Shown piece by piece: positions 35,287-44,893 of a DNA stretch of 64,000 bases. This DNA comes from a virus (Duplodnaviria > Caudoviricetes), in the IMG/VR virus record IMGVR_UViG_3300032295_003840, positions 32,001 to 96,000 of that record; one strand, written 5' to 3'. A model generated the notes under the pieces. That model was not told where the DNA came from. It worked only from the letters and a program-made list of their open reading frames with translations, and ran no database searches. Each line of letters starts with the position of its first letter. The stretch's first letter is position 1. The position numbers were made by a program, and so were the translations under genes.

Positions 35287-35960
35287 TTCATTTTAGCCAC
35301 AATGTCATAAAATTCTTTTTTCAGACTTTTGTCTGTCTGAAACTTGCCGCGCATGATGGCAGTAGTCATGTCGCTCTCATGCTCCTTGACACCGCGATGA
35401 GTCATGCAGTGGTGTTCAGCCTGCACCAGTACAGCTACGCCTTCGGCCTCGGTTTCCTTCTCAATGGCGTCGGCAATCTGCACTGTCATTTCTTCCTGGA
35501 TTTGAGGACGGCTGGCAATCCAATCCGCGATGCGATTGAACTTACTAAGTCCAATGACGTTCTTTCCAGGATAGACTCCGATATAGGCACGCCCCACAAT
35601 ATTTTGGAAGTGATGAGCACACGTAGAGCGGATTGTGATAGGTCCTGTGACGTAGAGTTGATCGTATTCTGTGACATTAGGAAAAGCAGTTACTTTAGGA
35701 GGGTTCTTGTATCGGCCGCCAAAGGTTTCATGAACAAACATCTTGGCCACTCGTCGTGCTGTGTCTTGTGTATTATGATCATTATCAGTGTCAATGATTA
35801 GACTATTTAGTACGCCTTGAAACTGACAGGCTACTTCGTCTACCAGACGTTCGACTTCTTCTTCGGTTTCGATGAAGCCACTGATGTTGTCATTGCTAAA
35901 GTATCGTCCGCCACCATTCTTGATGCGCTCACGAATCACTTCACTGATATTTCTTTCCAT
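35283..35960 (-). CDS. folE: GTP cyclohydrolase I
   Basis: STCAHH, GLSKFNR, RPQIQE, HHCMTHRG motifs. Confidence 0.93.
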   Translation of the reverse strand: MERNISEVIRERIKNGGGRYFSNDNISGFIETEEEVERLVDEVACQFQGVLNSLIIDTDNDHNTQDTARRVAKMFVHETFGGRYKNPPKVTAFPNVTEYDQLYVTGPITIRSTCAHHFQNIVGRAYIGVYPGKNVIGLSKFNRIADWIASRPQIQEEMTVQIADAIEKETEAEGVAVLVQAEHHCMTHRGVKEHESDMTTAIMRGKFQTDKSLKKEFYDIVAKMK

Positions 35961-35962
35961 GT

Positions 35963-36211
35963 TCAAATCCTTTTAAAAAATTTATCTAGCCATAGTATGA
36001 CATTTTTATACCATCGTGTCAATAGCCTGTCGCGTTTTCTCAGAGTCCAGCTACCATCATGGTTGTCTATCCATTCCAGAGTGTCGCCGATCTTCCAATC
36101 TAAATCACGCAGTATTTCAGAAGGCAAGGGTACTACATAGTCACCAGTCTCATTATCATATTCGACTGTGGCAGTCCAGCTCTTATTTTCCAATGACGTT
36201 TCCAAAGACAT
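35963..36211 (-). CDS. AbrB/MazE-like small DNA-binding protein
   Basis: VVPLPSEILRDLDWKIGDTLEW pattern. Confidence 0.6.
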   Translation of the reverse strand: MSLETSLENKSWTATVEYDNETGDYVVPLPSEILRDLDWKIGDTLEWIDNHDGSWTLRKRDRLLTRWYKNVILWLDKFFKRI

Positions 36212-37094
36212 AGCAATGATTCCTTGTAGCTATTTGATAACCGCGACGCATGGCCTCCAAACAGATATCAGCAACCGCCGCATTTTCCTGCGAGTCCTTG
36301 GTGGCACCCACAGGCATGATCCAGACGTCAGGACAGTAATAACTGTTCTGACCGAACAATCTTTGCAGTCTATCAACATGGCCATCTAGCTCGGCCCAGT
36401 TGTCCGCACTGCCATTGCAGACAAACTTCAATACACCAGTGCTGAAGGTTTCAGTGACATAGTTAAAAATAACATCGTCTTTGACTGCATCTTTTTCACC
36501 TGCCACGGTCCAGAGTTTAGGACTCATGGCCCAGTGCCAACGACTACCGCCTTCTTGTGCAAATTCTTCGTTGATGAATTCACGCAGATCATCAGTCAGG
36601 GCCTTGGTGGCATTGGTCTCTACTGTGACAGTGCGGGGCAGCTGATCTCGAGCCTTGAGTTCACGCAGGATGGCCAGCATGGCCTTTTGCCACATCATGG
36701 GCTCACCGCCAGTAAAGCAAAGCTGAGTATCCTGACCAGTTACTGGATGAACCCAGTCACCTCGGGGATTGCTGCTATGACGCATCTGATCAATGAGCTT
36801 GTCACAGACCGCGGCAGCGTCGTCATCGTGCGCCAGGTGTTTGTATTTAGCACTCCAGCTGTAGCTAGAGTCACAGCCATGATCCCATACAGGTAAGTCT
36901 TCGATCTTCTTTACCTTGCTGACATCAAAGCTGGCATAAGGCAAGACATAGGTTGCGGGATTGGTTGGATCCATCTGACCAAATCCATTGCATTCTAGAT
37001 TGCATCCAAAGAACCTTAGCCAGACGCTGGGCTTGCCAGCCAACTCGGCCTCGCCTTGAAAACTATAGAAGATTTCTGAGTAACGAATTTTCAT
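36183..37094 (-). CDS. queE: 7-carboxy-7-deazaguanine synthase QueE (radical SAM)
   Basis: EIFYSFQGE, LRFFGCNLEC ... CDS, TGGEP, VETN, SPK motifs. Confidence 0.9.
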   Translation of the reverse strand: MKIRYSEIFYSFQGEAELAGKPSVWLRFFGCNLECNGFGQMDPTNPATYVLPYASFDVSKVKKIEDLPVWDHGCDSSYSWSAKYKHLAHDDDAAAVCDKLIDQMRHSSNPRGDWVHPVTGQDTQLCFTGGEPMMWQKAMLAILRELKARDQLPRTVTVETNATKALTDDLREFINEEFAQEGGSRWHWAMSPKLWTVAGEKDAVKDDVIFNYVTETFSTGVLKFVCNGSADNWAELDGHVDRLQRLFGQNSYYCPDVWIMPVGATKDSQENAAVADICLEAMRRGYQIATRNHCYVFGNVIGK

Positions 37095-37127
37095 GCCAAC
37101 TCCATTCAAGATAATACTGCCAGTATA

Positions 37128-37703
37128 TTATAGTTCAGTGTCAGGGTCAATAGTTGATTCTTCGTTCTTTTTCTTTTTTATTGCGGCTTTGGTGGCGGGA
37201 CTGACGACCTTTTCGTAATCATAGCCGTCCAGCTGATTTTTGAGATACTCCAGAAACTGATTCTGAAACTCACCGTTGTCCTGTTCCTGTGTAATGAGTT
37301 CATTGAGATCCAGTTGATCGATGTAGCGATACTTGGTCTGCAGCATTTTCTTTTCCTTCTGAATGCGTCTAATGAAGGCAAAGTAGGTAATCTGAGTAAA
37401 GTAGGCAAATGGATTTTTTGACTTGGCAGGATCAAAGTTGTTCACCACAGCCAGACAGTTCTCAATGGCGTCTGAGATCATTTCATCCTTGTAGCTATAA
37501 TTAATGAAGTTCGATTTATAGCTTAGATGGCGAGCGATTTTGATGAAACAGTCACCCAGGTAATTGCTGATGGGCGGTGGTTCGGTGCCAGCGGCTCGGG
37601 CAGTCTGCACGGCTTCGCGATGTTCCAACAATGCAGCCAGAAAGGCCTGATTATCGATATAATGATTGGCCGCAGCCTTGGTGGGTTTTGTCTGTGTTTC
37701 CAT
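37128..37703 (-). CDS. 55: Late sigma factor gp55
   Basis: HYIDN, NFINYSYKDEMISDAIENC, NPFAYFTQI motifs. Confidence 0.95.
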   Translation of the reverse strand: METQTKPTKAAANHYIDNQAFLAALLEHREAVQTARAAGTEPPPISNYLGDCFIKIARHLSYKSNFINYSYKDEMISDAIENCLAVVNNFDPAKSKNPFAYFTQITYFAFIRRIQKEKKMLQTKYRYIDQLDLNELITQEQDNGEFQNQFLEYLKNQLDGYDYEKVVSPATKAAIKKKKNEESTIDPDTEL

Positions 37704-37737
37704 GTTACCTCATTTCAATTTAAATTCATGAATGCTA

Positions 37738-37766
37738 TTGACAGCCATTGACACTGGCTCTATAAT
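37738..37766 (+). promoter_or_regulatory. Consensus sigma70 promoter, antisense orientation
   Basis: TTGACA-gccattgacactggctc (17 nt)-TATAAT on the plus strand. Confidence 0.65.
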
Positions 37767-37780
37767 CACGGTGTGGTCAG

Positions 37781-38197
37781 TTAATGAACCATTTTATGTT
37801 TGAACTCCTGCAATGCCTGCAGTAACTCTTCATCTTCTTCTGTGAACTGTGCTTCATCGACGACTGCCTGCTGTTCATCTTCCTGACGTTGTTCCTGAAA
37901 GTGTTCCAAGAAGCTTTCATAGCGGATCGCAGCAGCAGGCAACATGGCCGTGATGCTAAAAATATGATCAGCATTGAGTTCAACTTTTTCAGTTTCTCCT
38001 ATGGGCATCATAGGCATCATGCTAATGGTTTCAACCAACTCACCATCTGAATCCAGATATTTAAAACTGTTGAATATTACTGGATTGTTCACAGTAATAA
38101 ATTTTGACGTCATGACATCCTGTGTAGTAATGTCATTGTCAGTGCTGCAGGCCATGAGCTCGCCATTTTTTAATTTTACAGCTTTATAGTAGATCAT
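37781..38197 (-). CDS. Conserved hypothetical protein downstream of uvsW
   Basis: VKLKNGE N-terminus; usual T4-like position. Confidence 0.7.
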   Translation of the reverse strand: MIYYKAVKLKNGELMACSTDNDITTQDVMTSKFITVNNPVIFNSFKYLDSDGELVETISMMPMMPIGETEKVELNADHIFSITAMLPAAAIRYESFLEHFQEQRQEDEQQAVVDEAQFTEEDEELLQALQEFKHKMVH

Positions 38198-39675
38198 TGT
38201 AGCGGCACCTCGGTTAGTTTGTAATCAAAACCTTCATCGTTGTAGATACGAATTCTTTCTGCCATGTGCAACAGAGTGAAGTTCTTTTTACTCTTGTGGC
38301 TCAGGTCATCTCCAATATCAAACAACTTGCAACGATCCTTGCTGTCCGAAGTTCTCAGACCGCGTCCTATACTCTGCAGGTTTCTAATACGACTTTTGCT
38401 GGGGCTGGCAAAGACAATATTATGCAGGTTCCGTATATTTATACCTGTGGAAAATGTGCCGTAGCTGGCCACAATTATGGCATCTTTTTCCTGCTCAGTA
38501 ATGCGACGAACCTGTTCACGCTGCTCTGTGTCGGTACCGCCATAGACAAAGAACACCTGACGCCCATCGGCTGCACGCGCAGCAATCATCTCATGCAGAG
38601 CCTTGCCATGTTTCTCCACATACTGGAACAGCACCAGTGTGTTGCCTGTCTGAGCCAAGGCCAGATTACGAATAAATCGATTGCGAGCTGGATGCGTTAC
38701 CAGCCAGTCCATTTCTTCCTGATAGGTAAAACTGCGCACTGCCTTACAATCTTCTTCGGAATACTTCATGATTAAGCACTGTATCTCCAGATCCGCCAGC
38801 TGCTGATTTTTAATCAGCGACTTGGTGGTGGTTACTCTGTGTACTGCGCCAAAGATGCCTTCCAAGATCAGCTTATGAGTCTTGCTATCATCCAAGGTAC
38901 CTGTGGTGCCAATGCGATATGCACAGTCAGGCATTTTATTTAGTATGCCAGTCAGACTCTGTGCTTTGAACAGATGTGCTTCATCGCCTATGACTACATC
39001 ATACTTCTCAAAAAACTTTTTCGGTAACTTGTAGAGACTTTGCCAGGTGCTGATGGTGATGTCAAACTCTGCGGCCTTGTCGGCACCAGCATAGATTCTG
39101 TGTACGTGTTCACTGGTGCGCCAGCCATTGGCTGAACTGTAGTCCTGGAAGTCTGAATATAACTGTTCTACCAGACTGGTGGTGGGTACCAGTATTAGTA
39201 TTCTGCGTCCCTGATTTAAATGATAGCGTATCAGTCCATAGATGATTAAACTCTTGCCACTGCCTGTGGGGCTGAGCAGCAAGGCACGATGATGGTGTAT
39301 GGCATGTCGGACTGCGTCGATCTGATAGTCGCGAATGTCTATGGGCTTGCCATGACCCTGCAGATCCAGACTCTGTAAAAACTCCTGCACATCAATATAG
39401 GGCTCGGGCAAAGCCGTGCGCTGATCAACAACTCGGTATTGATTCTGCTCGGCAAATAACTTTACATAGGGTATTAGACCAACATAGAGTTCTTGTCTGA
39501 ACAAATTGAACAGACGTATTTTTCCATCCCAGAGCTTGGCACGAAACTGCGGCATGAAGCGTGCGCCAGGTTGCTCAAAGGTAAAGTAGTCCGACAGTTC
39601 CTGCAGTATGCTGACATCGTCAGAATTGATTCTGCAGTATACCTGATCTTTTTCTAGTATGGTTATTTCAGACAT
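38194..39675 (-). CDS. uvsW: UvsW helicase
   Basis: PTGSGKS, DEAH, TGT, QSIGRGLR motifs. Confidence 0.95.
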   Translation of the reverse strand: MSEITILEKDQVYCRINSDDVSILQELSDYFTFEQPGARFMPQFRAKLWDGKIRLFNLFRQELYVGLIPYVKLFAEQNQYRVVDQRTALPEPYIDVQEFLQSLDLQGHGKPIDIRDYQIDAVRHAIHHHRALLLSPTGSGKSLIIYGLIRYHLNQGRRILILVPTTSLVEQLYSDFQDYSSANGWRTSEHVHRIYAGADKAAEFDITISTWQSLYKLPKKFFEKYDVVIGDEAHLFKAQSLTGILNKMPDCAYRIGTTGTLDDSKTHKLILEGIFGAVHRVTTTKSLIKNQQLADLEIQCLIMKYSEEDCKAVRSFTYQEEMDWLVTHPARNRFIRNLALAQTGNTLVLFQYVEKHGKALHEMIAARAADGRQVFFVYGGTDTEQREQVRRITEQEKDAIIVASYGTFSTGINIRNLHNIVFASPSKSRIRNLQSIGRGLRTSDSKDRCKLFDIGDDLSHKSKKNFTLLHMAERIRIYNDEGFDYKLTEVPLQ

Positions 39676-40115
39676 TACATCAATCCATTGGTAAATTTAG
39701 TCCACTCAATGCTGTTCTTGATATCCCAGGTACGGCTATGCAGACTCTTTAAGATACTTTCCAGCTGCACCAGCACAGTTTTAAGATATTCCAGTTTGTC
39801 CTGTGCTGTGATTAAATCTTCGTCGGTCTGCAGGAACTCATCCATTTCATTCTTGATGGGCTTGACTCCCTGGTACTGACCCCAGCCCAGTGCCTCCAGC
39901 TCGTCGCGAGTGAGCTCGCCACGGAAATACCGATACTTGATGCGACGAAGTTTGAGATAGTCTGACTCGGCTTTGCGATGCTGCAGCTTGGCCGACGTCA
40001 ATAGATTGAGATACTTGGCGTGTAGTTCGGGTGTGCGGGCAGCAGCTCGACCCAGATTGGTTTCATCGATCTTGCTGTCCTTGGCCCAGTTTTCTTGTAG
40101 TTCAGTAAGTTTCAT
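39675..40115 (-). CDS. uvsY: UvsY recombination mediator
   Basis: LHAKYL, IKNSIEW; synteny. Confidence 0.9.
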   Translation of the reverse strand: MKLTELQENWAKDSKIDETNLGRAAARTPELHAKYLNLLTSAKLQHRKAESDYLKLRRIKYRYFRGELTRDELEALGWGQYQGVKPIKNEMDEFLQTDEDLITAQDKLEYLKTVLVQLESILKSLHSRTWDIKNSIEWTKFTNGLM

Positions 40116-40139
40116 AATAACTCCGATTCAGATACATTC

Positions 40140-40168
40140 ATTATATCTGAATTCAGCAAAGATGTCAA
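40140..40168 (-). promoter_or_regulatory. Consensus sigma70 promoter for uvsY-uvsW
   Basis: TTGACA-17 nt-TATAAT. Confidence 0.8.
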
Positions 40169-40171
40169 TGA

Positions 40172-40744
40172 TTATATAGATTCAATGGTAAACAATTTGT
40201 ATCGGAATGCCGCTATGCCTACAAAGTATTCCATGCCAGCGGTTGTGATGTCGAAGTCCAGAGCTTCGATGCTGATGGGAAACAAATCCTGAAACACCAG
40301 TTTAACTATGGGTAGATTGTCACTGTCCAAGATTAGCAGAGCAGCGTCGCTGAATACATTCTGATAATTTTCTGCATTGTATGAAGTAAATGCCGATGCT
40401 CGACGCAGAGCCTGTGCATACTGATCGCCACTGTAGGGTGTACCCAGTTGTTCGATCCAGGCAGATATTTCCTTGTAGTTGCTCATGTCTTCGTTGATCA
40501 GGAATCTAATGGTAAACTCACCATAGTTAACCTTGTCACCAGGATGTGGTATGTCAACGAAGGGAGTAACCTGCATGGCTGCACCCAGCTGTATGGCTGG
40601 TAGATTGGCGCTCTGACAAGTATAGGTTACATTGGGTGCGCGCGCAATCACAAACTTAAAGCTATTGGGTTTGAGATAGTTGGTGACTGCTGTGTTGGTA
40701 GCAGCGTTGGCTATGGCGGCGTTTAAATCTGATAGTTTACTCAT
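40172..40744 (-). CDS. 3: Tail tube terminator/completion protein gp3
   Basis: NYLKPNSFKF, CQSANLP, FLINEDMSNY motifs. Confidence 0.85.
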   Translation of the reverse strand: MSKLSDLNAAIANAATNTAVTNYLKPNSFKFVIARAPNVTYTCQSANLPAIQLGAAMQVTPFVDIPHPGDKVNYGEFTIRFLINEDMSNYKEISAWIEQLGTPYSGDQYAQALRRASAFTSYNAENYQNVFSDAALLILDSDNLPIVKLVFQDLFPISIEALDFDITTAGMEYFVGIAAFRYKLFTIESI

Positions 40745-40780
40745 GGATGACCTCTAAGGTATTTCCATTATTTATCTGAT

Positions 40781-40806
40781 AAAAAAGGGGGACCTAAGTC
40801 CCCCTC
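40781..40806 (-). terminator. Intrinsic terminator after gp23
   Basis: GGGGAC-ttag-GTCCCC followed by a T-tract. Confidence 0.85.
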
Positions 40807-40836
40807 TAAACTGCTCTCTTACCGGAGCCTCAATGA

Positions 40837-42123
40837 TTACATTAGGTTTGTAACCTTGACACGACGGTAGTAGGTGTTGCTGTTGGCGCTCAGGCTAGTG
40901 AATGGGTTGGTTACCATGCCATAGCGTGTCTTGAAGCCAATCTTGGGCTGGAAGGTGCTAGGATCGACCGCACGAACCATCTGCAGAGGAACGTATGGGC
41001 AATAGAACATACCAGCGTCATATGGGTTAGTACCCTTGTAACCAACTACATAGAATTGGTTAGCAGTATTCAGGTTAGCTGAATATGGGTCAACATAGAC
41101 ACGAATCTTACCGTTCAGAACACCAGCAAATGTATTGCCAGTATCGTCAACGTTGAGGTTGGTGCTCAGTGCTGGAGTATAGTCCAGGATACCTGCCATG
41201 CTCAGTGCACTTGCAACGTCTGCGGAGCAAACGATGAAGTTACCTTTACCACGACGTGTTTGCTGAGCAATGTTGTTGGCATCACGTTCGATTTGGAACA
41301 GCAAGCCTTTGAAGCGTTCTACGCTCCAACGACCGTTGGCATCCACATCCAGGTCAAATGTACCGTAGGTTGTGGTGGCACCAGTGTCTGCACCTGGCTT
41401 GGCAGCTGCATACATGGTACGGATAACTTCGCGGTTGATCTCGAACAGGATTTCCTGGCTCAGGATGTTGCTTAGTTCACCTTCGGCATCCAGACCGTGT
41501 ACTGCCTTCAGGTCCTGTGCGAGTTCGACGGTGTACTCAGCTTTCAGAGCACGAGTCTTGGCTGTGACAGTGGTCTTTTCGATGCTGAATGCCATCTGAC
41601 CAAATGCATAGGTGTCGCCCAACTGTTCAGCGTCGCCTGTGGCGATACCAACACCAGTGGTGTATGGGCTGTTAACTGGGTTTGTACCAGCATGTGCAGT
41701 GATGGAGCTACCTGCGAAGTCGGTGTCGGCTTCGTTGAACAGTGCTTCGGTGTTACCCTGGCTGCTGTAGTTTGACTTCATAGCGAAGATCAAACCGGTA
41801 GGACCAGTCATTGGCTGAACGCCGCAGACATCATAGGCCATGAGATTAGGCATGGCACGACGTACCAGGCTAATCAGGATTGGATCGTAACCAGCCATGT
41901 TGGCGTTAGGCGAACCATTGACCTGGCCGCTGAAACCACCGCCGATGGCGTTGGCAGGAGTGGTTTCCCACAGAGCCTGCTTCTCTTCCATCAGGGCTTT
42001 TTCCTGGTTTTCCAGCAGAGTTGCTGTTACAGCACGCTTATAGGCGTCTTTGATTTCGGGCAGAGCATCGTGGTTGATAACTGCTTCCCACTTGTTCTGG
42101 ATTTGTTCGTTTAAATTGAACAT
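40837..42123 (-). CDS. 23: Major capsid protein gp23
   Basis: GVQPMTGPTGLIFAM, ALKAEYTVELAQDLKAVHGLDAE, FYCPYVPL motifs. Confidence 0.98.
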   Translation of the reverse strand: MFNLNEQIQNKWEAVINHDALPEIKDAYKRAVTATLLENQEKALMEEKQALWETTPANAIGGGFSGQVNGSPNANMAGYDPILISLVRRAMPNLMAYDVCGVQPMTGPTGLIFAMKSNYSSQGNTEALFNEADTDFAGSSITAHAGTNPVNSPYTTGVGIATGDAEQLGDTYAFGQMAFSIEKTTVTAKTRALKAEYTVELAQDLKAVHGLDAEGELSNILSQEILFEINREVIRTMYAAAKPGADTGATTTYGTFDLDVDANGRWSVERFKGLLFQIERDANNIAQQTRRGKGNFIVCSADVASALSMAGILDYTPALSTNLNVDDTGNTFAGVLNGKIRVYVDPYSANLNTANQFYVVGYKGTNPYDAGMFYCPYVPLQMVRAVDPSTFQPKIGFKTRYGMVTNPFTSLSANSNTYYRRVKVTNLM

Positions 42124-42153
42124 GTTTTTTTCTCCTAAAAGAAACTATATCGT

Positions 42154-42161
42154 TATTTATA
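42154..42161 (-). promoter_or_regulatory. T4 late promoter
   Basis: TATAAATA upstream of gp23. Confidence 0.85.
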
Positions 42162-42166
42162 AAAAC

Positions 42167-43429
42167 TTATTTCTTGACTGATCTCGAAATGGTCTGAACG
42201 TAACGCTGAATCTGTGCTGGGATATCAGCGGCTGGCTTGTCACCATTCTGCACTGCCTCTTCCAGCATCTTTTCAGGGCTGGTAGGTGTGCCGGCTGGGA
42301 AATAATTTTCCTTGACAACCTTGACCTTCTGTGTGAACAGATCTTCGTTGTCAAATTCAACGCCTTCAAGCAATTTGCCTAGTTTTTCAGCATCAGTAGC
42401 GGTAAGTCCGCGGCTGGCGTGTTCGATGATACGATCGCGCATCACTGCATCCAATTGAGACTTGAGCTCAATGTTGGTGCTAATGGCTTCGTTGAGTTTA
42501 GCCTCGGCATCGTCGACCTTGACAGCCATGTCTTCGAGAACGTCAACCTTGTCCTCGGGTACTTCAAAGTAGTGTTCTTGGAAAAGATTTTTTAGACCAA
42601 GCATAAAGTCTTCGGCAACTTCTGTGCGCAGACCTTTTTCCACGGCAATTTCATTGTCCTGCATCCATTGTTCTACAACATAATTTAGATATGAATCAAC
42701 CTTTTCTACAAGTCCCTCTTTGATAGATTCAATTTCCTTAGCAGCCTGTTCAACAAGCTCTTCGGTAATTTTTTCGATTTCGTTGTTGACACGGCTAATT
42801 ACAGCTGCCTCGAAAATGGCGCTGGCCTGTGTCTTGAACTCTTCACTGAGATTGGTATCGGTGCTGAACACACTGGCGATATCCTTGCGCAGATCTTCCA
42901 GATTCATTTCTACCTTGCGTGGCTCGGTGTTCTGATCTTCCAGATCTTCTTCAGTGATGACTTCGTCGTCGGCATCGGCATCTTCCTTGAAGGGAATCTG
43001 ACCTTCGCCTGGATTGGTGGGCTGCTCAAAAGTACCAGTAGTGCTGGTGCCCTTGCCAGTGGCTACCTTCACAGCAGCATCACGGCTATTGCCCTGACGT
43101 GCCTGTGGCTCACTGTTGCCTTTTTTCAGACTTGAGTCTGGTGTATTGCTGTTCTGACCATGGGGATCGACCTGATTGACATCAGCGTCCTTGCTGTCGC
43201 CCTGCTTGGGATTGCTGGTTTCGCCAGCTGGCTTCTTGATACTGTCATCGCCCTTGACAATGGCCTGACCATTGTGCGGATCAATTTCAGTATACGTGGC
43301 TTTTTGGCTGTCGCCCTGCATATGAGCGTTCATGCCTTCGCCGTCGTCGCTCTTGCCAGCTGCAGCCTCGTTAAGCGCCTTGGATTTTTTAGCTTCCATG
43401 AGCTCGCGGATTTTGGTTTCTAGTGACAT
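42167..43429 (-). CDS. 22: Prohead scaffold protein gp22
   Basis: LSEEFK...IFEAAV, YLNYVVEQW; synteny. Confidence 0.9.
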   Translation of the reverse strand: MSLETKIRELMEAKKSKALNEAAAGKSDDGEGMNAHMQGDSQKATYTEIDPHNGQAIVKGDDSIKKPAGETSNPKQGDSKDADVNQVDPHGQNSNTPDSSLKKGNSEPQARQGNSRDAAVKVATGKGTSTTGTFEQPTNPGEGQIPFKEDADADDEVITEEDLEDQNTEPRKVEMNLEDLRKDIASVFSTDTNLSEEFKTQASAIFEAAVISRVNNEIEKITEELVEQAAKEIESIKEGLVEKVDSYLNYVVEQWMQDNEIAVEKGLRTEVAEDFMLGLKNLFQEHYFEVPEDKVDVLEDMAVKVDDAEAKLNEAISTNIELKSQLDAVMRDRIIEHASRGLTATDAEKLGKLLEGVEFDNEDLFTQKVKVVKENYFPAGTPTSPEKMLEEAVQNGDKPAADIPAQIQRYVQTISRSVKK

Positions 43430-43460
43430 TAGTATCTCCTAACCTAAAACGGGTTCGTAT

Positions 43461-43468
43461 TATTTATA
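43461..43468 (-). promoter_or_regulatory. T4 late promoter
   Basis: TATAAATA upstream of gp22. Confidence 0.85.
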
Positions 43469-43475
43469 AAAATCT

Positions 43476-44135
43476 TTAATTCGATAGACGACGCATAAAG
43501 TCATTGAAGACCTGAATCTGCGCTTCGGCTAAATCTTTGCTGCTGGCACGGCGTATTACATTTCGAGCACGGTCAATGTCGCGCTCTACAAAACGGCCTT
43601 CAACCATGACCCACTCTTTGCCTTCCATGATGCCACGTACAAAGGCATCGGGTGCACTGGGATCGGCTACAATGTCGCCTGCAGTTGCCAGATAAAAATC
43701 GTCCTGTACTTCATTGACACCTTCTTTGTTCATAACCAGGCTACCCATGCCGCGGCTTGATACGCCCAACTGAGCACCCTCGTCGATCAAATTCTTTACA
43801 ATGCGTCCCATGGGAGTCTCGGTCATGATCTTGGCACGTCCAACATAGTTGTTGCCGTCTTCCTTGAGACTGGTGATCATGTGGCTGACTCTATCCAGGT
43901 TGATGCCTGGACCATCGGGATGTCCTAGCTCGCCAAAGGCACGCTTGGTCTCAACATATTCTTTGATGTAGCGGTTAACCTCACGCTCCATCACAGGCTT
44001 GCTATACTTGCGCCCGTTTTTATTTACTACCTCGGTCTGCAGGAATGGACCTTCGATGAAATAGGCCTTGCCGCCGTCTTCTTTTTTCTCGGTCAGATAT
44101 TTAACTGACTCTATGGTTTCAGTAATGAGTTTCAT
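43476..44135 (-). CDS. 21: Prohead protease gp21
   Basis: GELGHP, GVSSRGMGS, DIVADPSAPDA motifs. Confidence 0.96.
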   Translation of the reverse strand: MKLITETIESVKYLTEKKEDGGKAYFIEGPFLQTEVVNKNGRKYSKPVMEREVNRYIKEYVETKRAFGELGHPDGPGINLDRVSHMITSLKEDGNNYVGRAKIMTETPMGRIVKNLIDEGAQLGVSSRGMGSLVMNKEGVNEVQDDFYLATAGDIVADPSAPDAFVRGIMEGKEWVMVEGRFVERDIDRARNVIRRASSKDLAEAQIQVFNDFMRRLSN

Positions 44136-44530
44136 TATACCCCCACGTTGGTTTGGGTGCTGGAGAATCCATCGCCTTTGCGCAGATCCAAAATCAGCAT
44201 ACCTGGCATGTTGAAGGTAACATCGATGCTGCTGGTGGCGCCTATGGCCAGTGCTGGAATCTGATTGGAACCAGGAAAGTCGCTGGCGCCGTGTAGATCC
44301 AGCACAACAGTACCTGAACTGCCGCGCTTAATGGTTACGCCGCTCACGGCATCACCAACATTGCAGTAGGCTGCGGCAATGGTTACAGTAAGAGCGCCGC
44401 TGGAAGTTTCTCGGCCTGCACGTAACAATTCAGTAAGAGCAATGCTGGTGGTGTCTGCAGCAGCAGTGGCAACCAGATGCAGCATTGCACGCATGTGATC
44501 GTTTTTAATTAGTGTCTTGGTTAAAGCCAT
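44135..44530 (-). CDS. Hypothetical virion/prohead protein
   Basis: Lies between gp20 and gp21. Confidence 0.65.
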   Translation of the reverse strand: MALTKTLIKNDHMRAMLHLVATAAADTTSIALTELLRAGRETSSGALTVTIAAAYCNVGDAVSGVTIKRGSSGTVVLDLHGASDFPGSNQIPALAIGATSSIDVTFNMPGMLILDLRKGDGFSSTQTNVGV

Positions 44531-44739
44531 TATTCTTCTCCGTCGTCTTCTAGAAGATGGTCAAAGCTTTCATTGGCTTTGATCTTCTTGGCAATCTCGT
44601 GGCCCTTCATGATGACCTTCTTGGGCAGATCTTGAACAGGGCCTTCGCCATAGCCGTACTTTTTCTTGGCAGCTGCCATGCCTATGGCATACTCGTTATA
44701 CTTGGCGGCTTCACGAATCTGCTTGAACGCTGGCATCAT
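44530..44739 (-). CDS. Small prohead-core-like protein
   Basis: FKQIRE N-terminus; position. Confidence 0.55.
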   Translation of the reverse strand: MMPAFKQIREAAKYNEYAIGMAAAKKKYGYGEGPVQDLPKKVIMKGHEIAKKIKANESFDHLLEDDGEE

Positions 44740-44893
44740 GTGCTCCTAGTTGTCTGGCTACTTCTTGTTTGCGTTGATCCAGAGCATCGGTAAGTTTGAT
44801 GCTGATCAGATCAGTAAAATTTTGCTGTGCCTCGACATGATTGTCGGTCTGGATGTTGTCCAGCATGTCGCGGATTAGTTGATCGTGTGTCAT
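44711..44893 (-). CDS. gp67-like small prohead core protein
   Basis: Position after gp20; DALDQRKQEVA. Confidence 0.55.
   Translation of the reverse strand: MTHDQLIRDMLDNIQTDNHVEAQQNFTDLISIKLTDALDQRKQEVARQLGAHDASVQADS

Noticed and set aside
29861-37094. Queuosine tRNA-modification pathway
   Set aside because: queC, queF, queA and queG are absent from the window, the TGT-fold protein lacks the CxCxxC zinc motif of bacterial Tgt, and the context is DNA metabolism.
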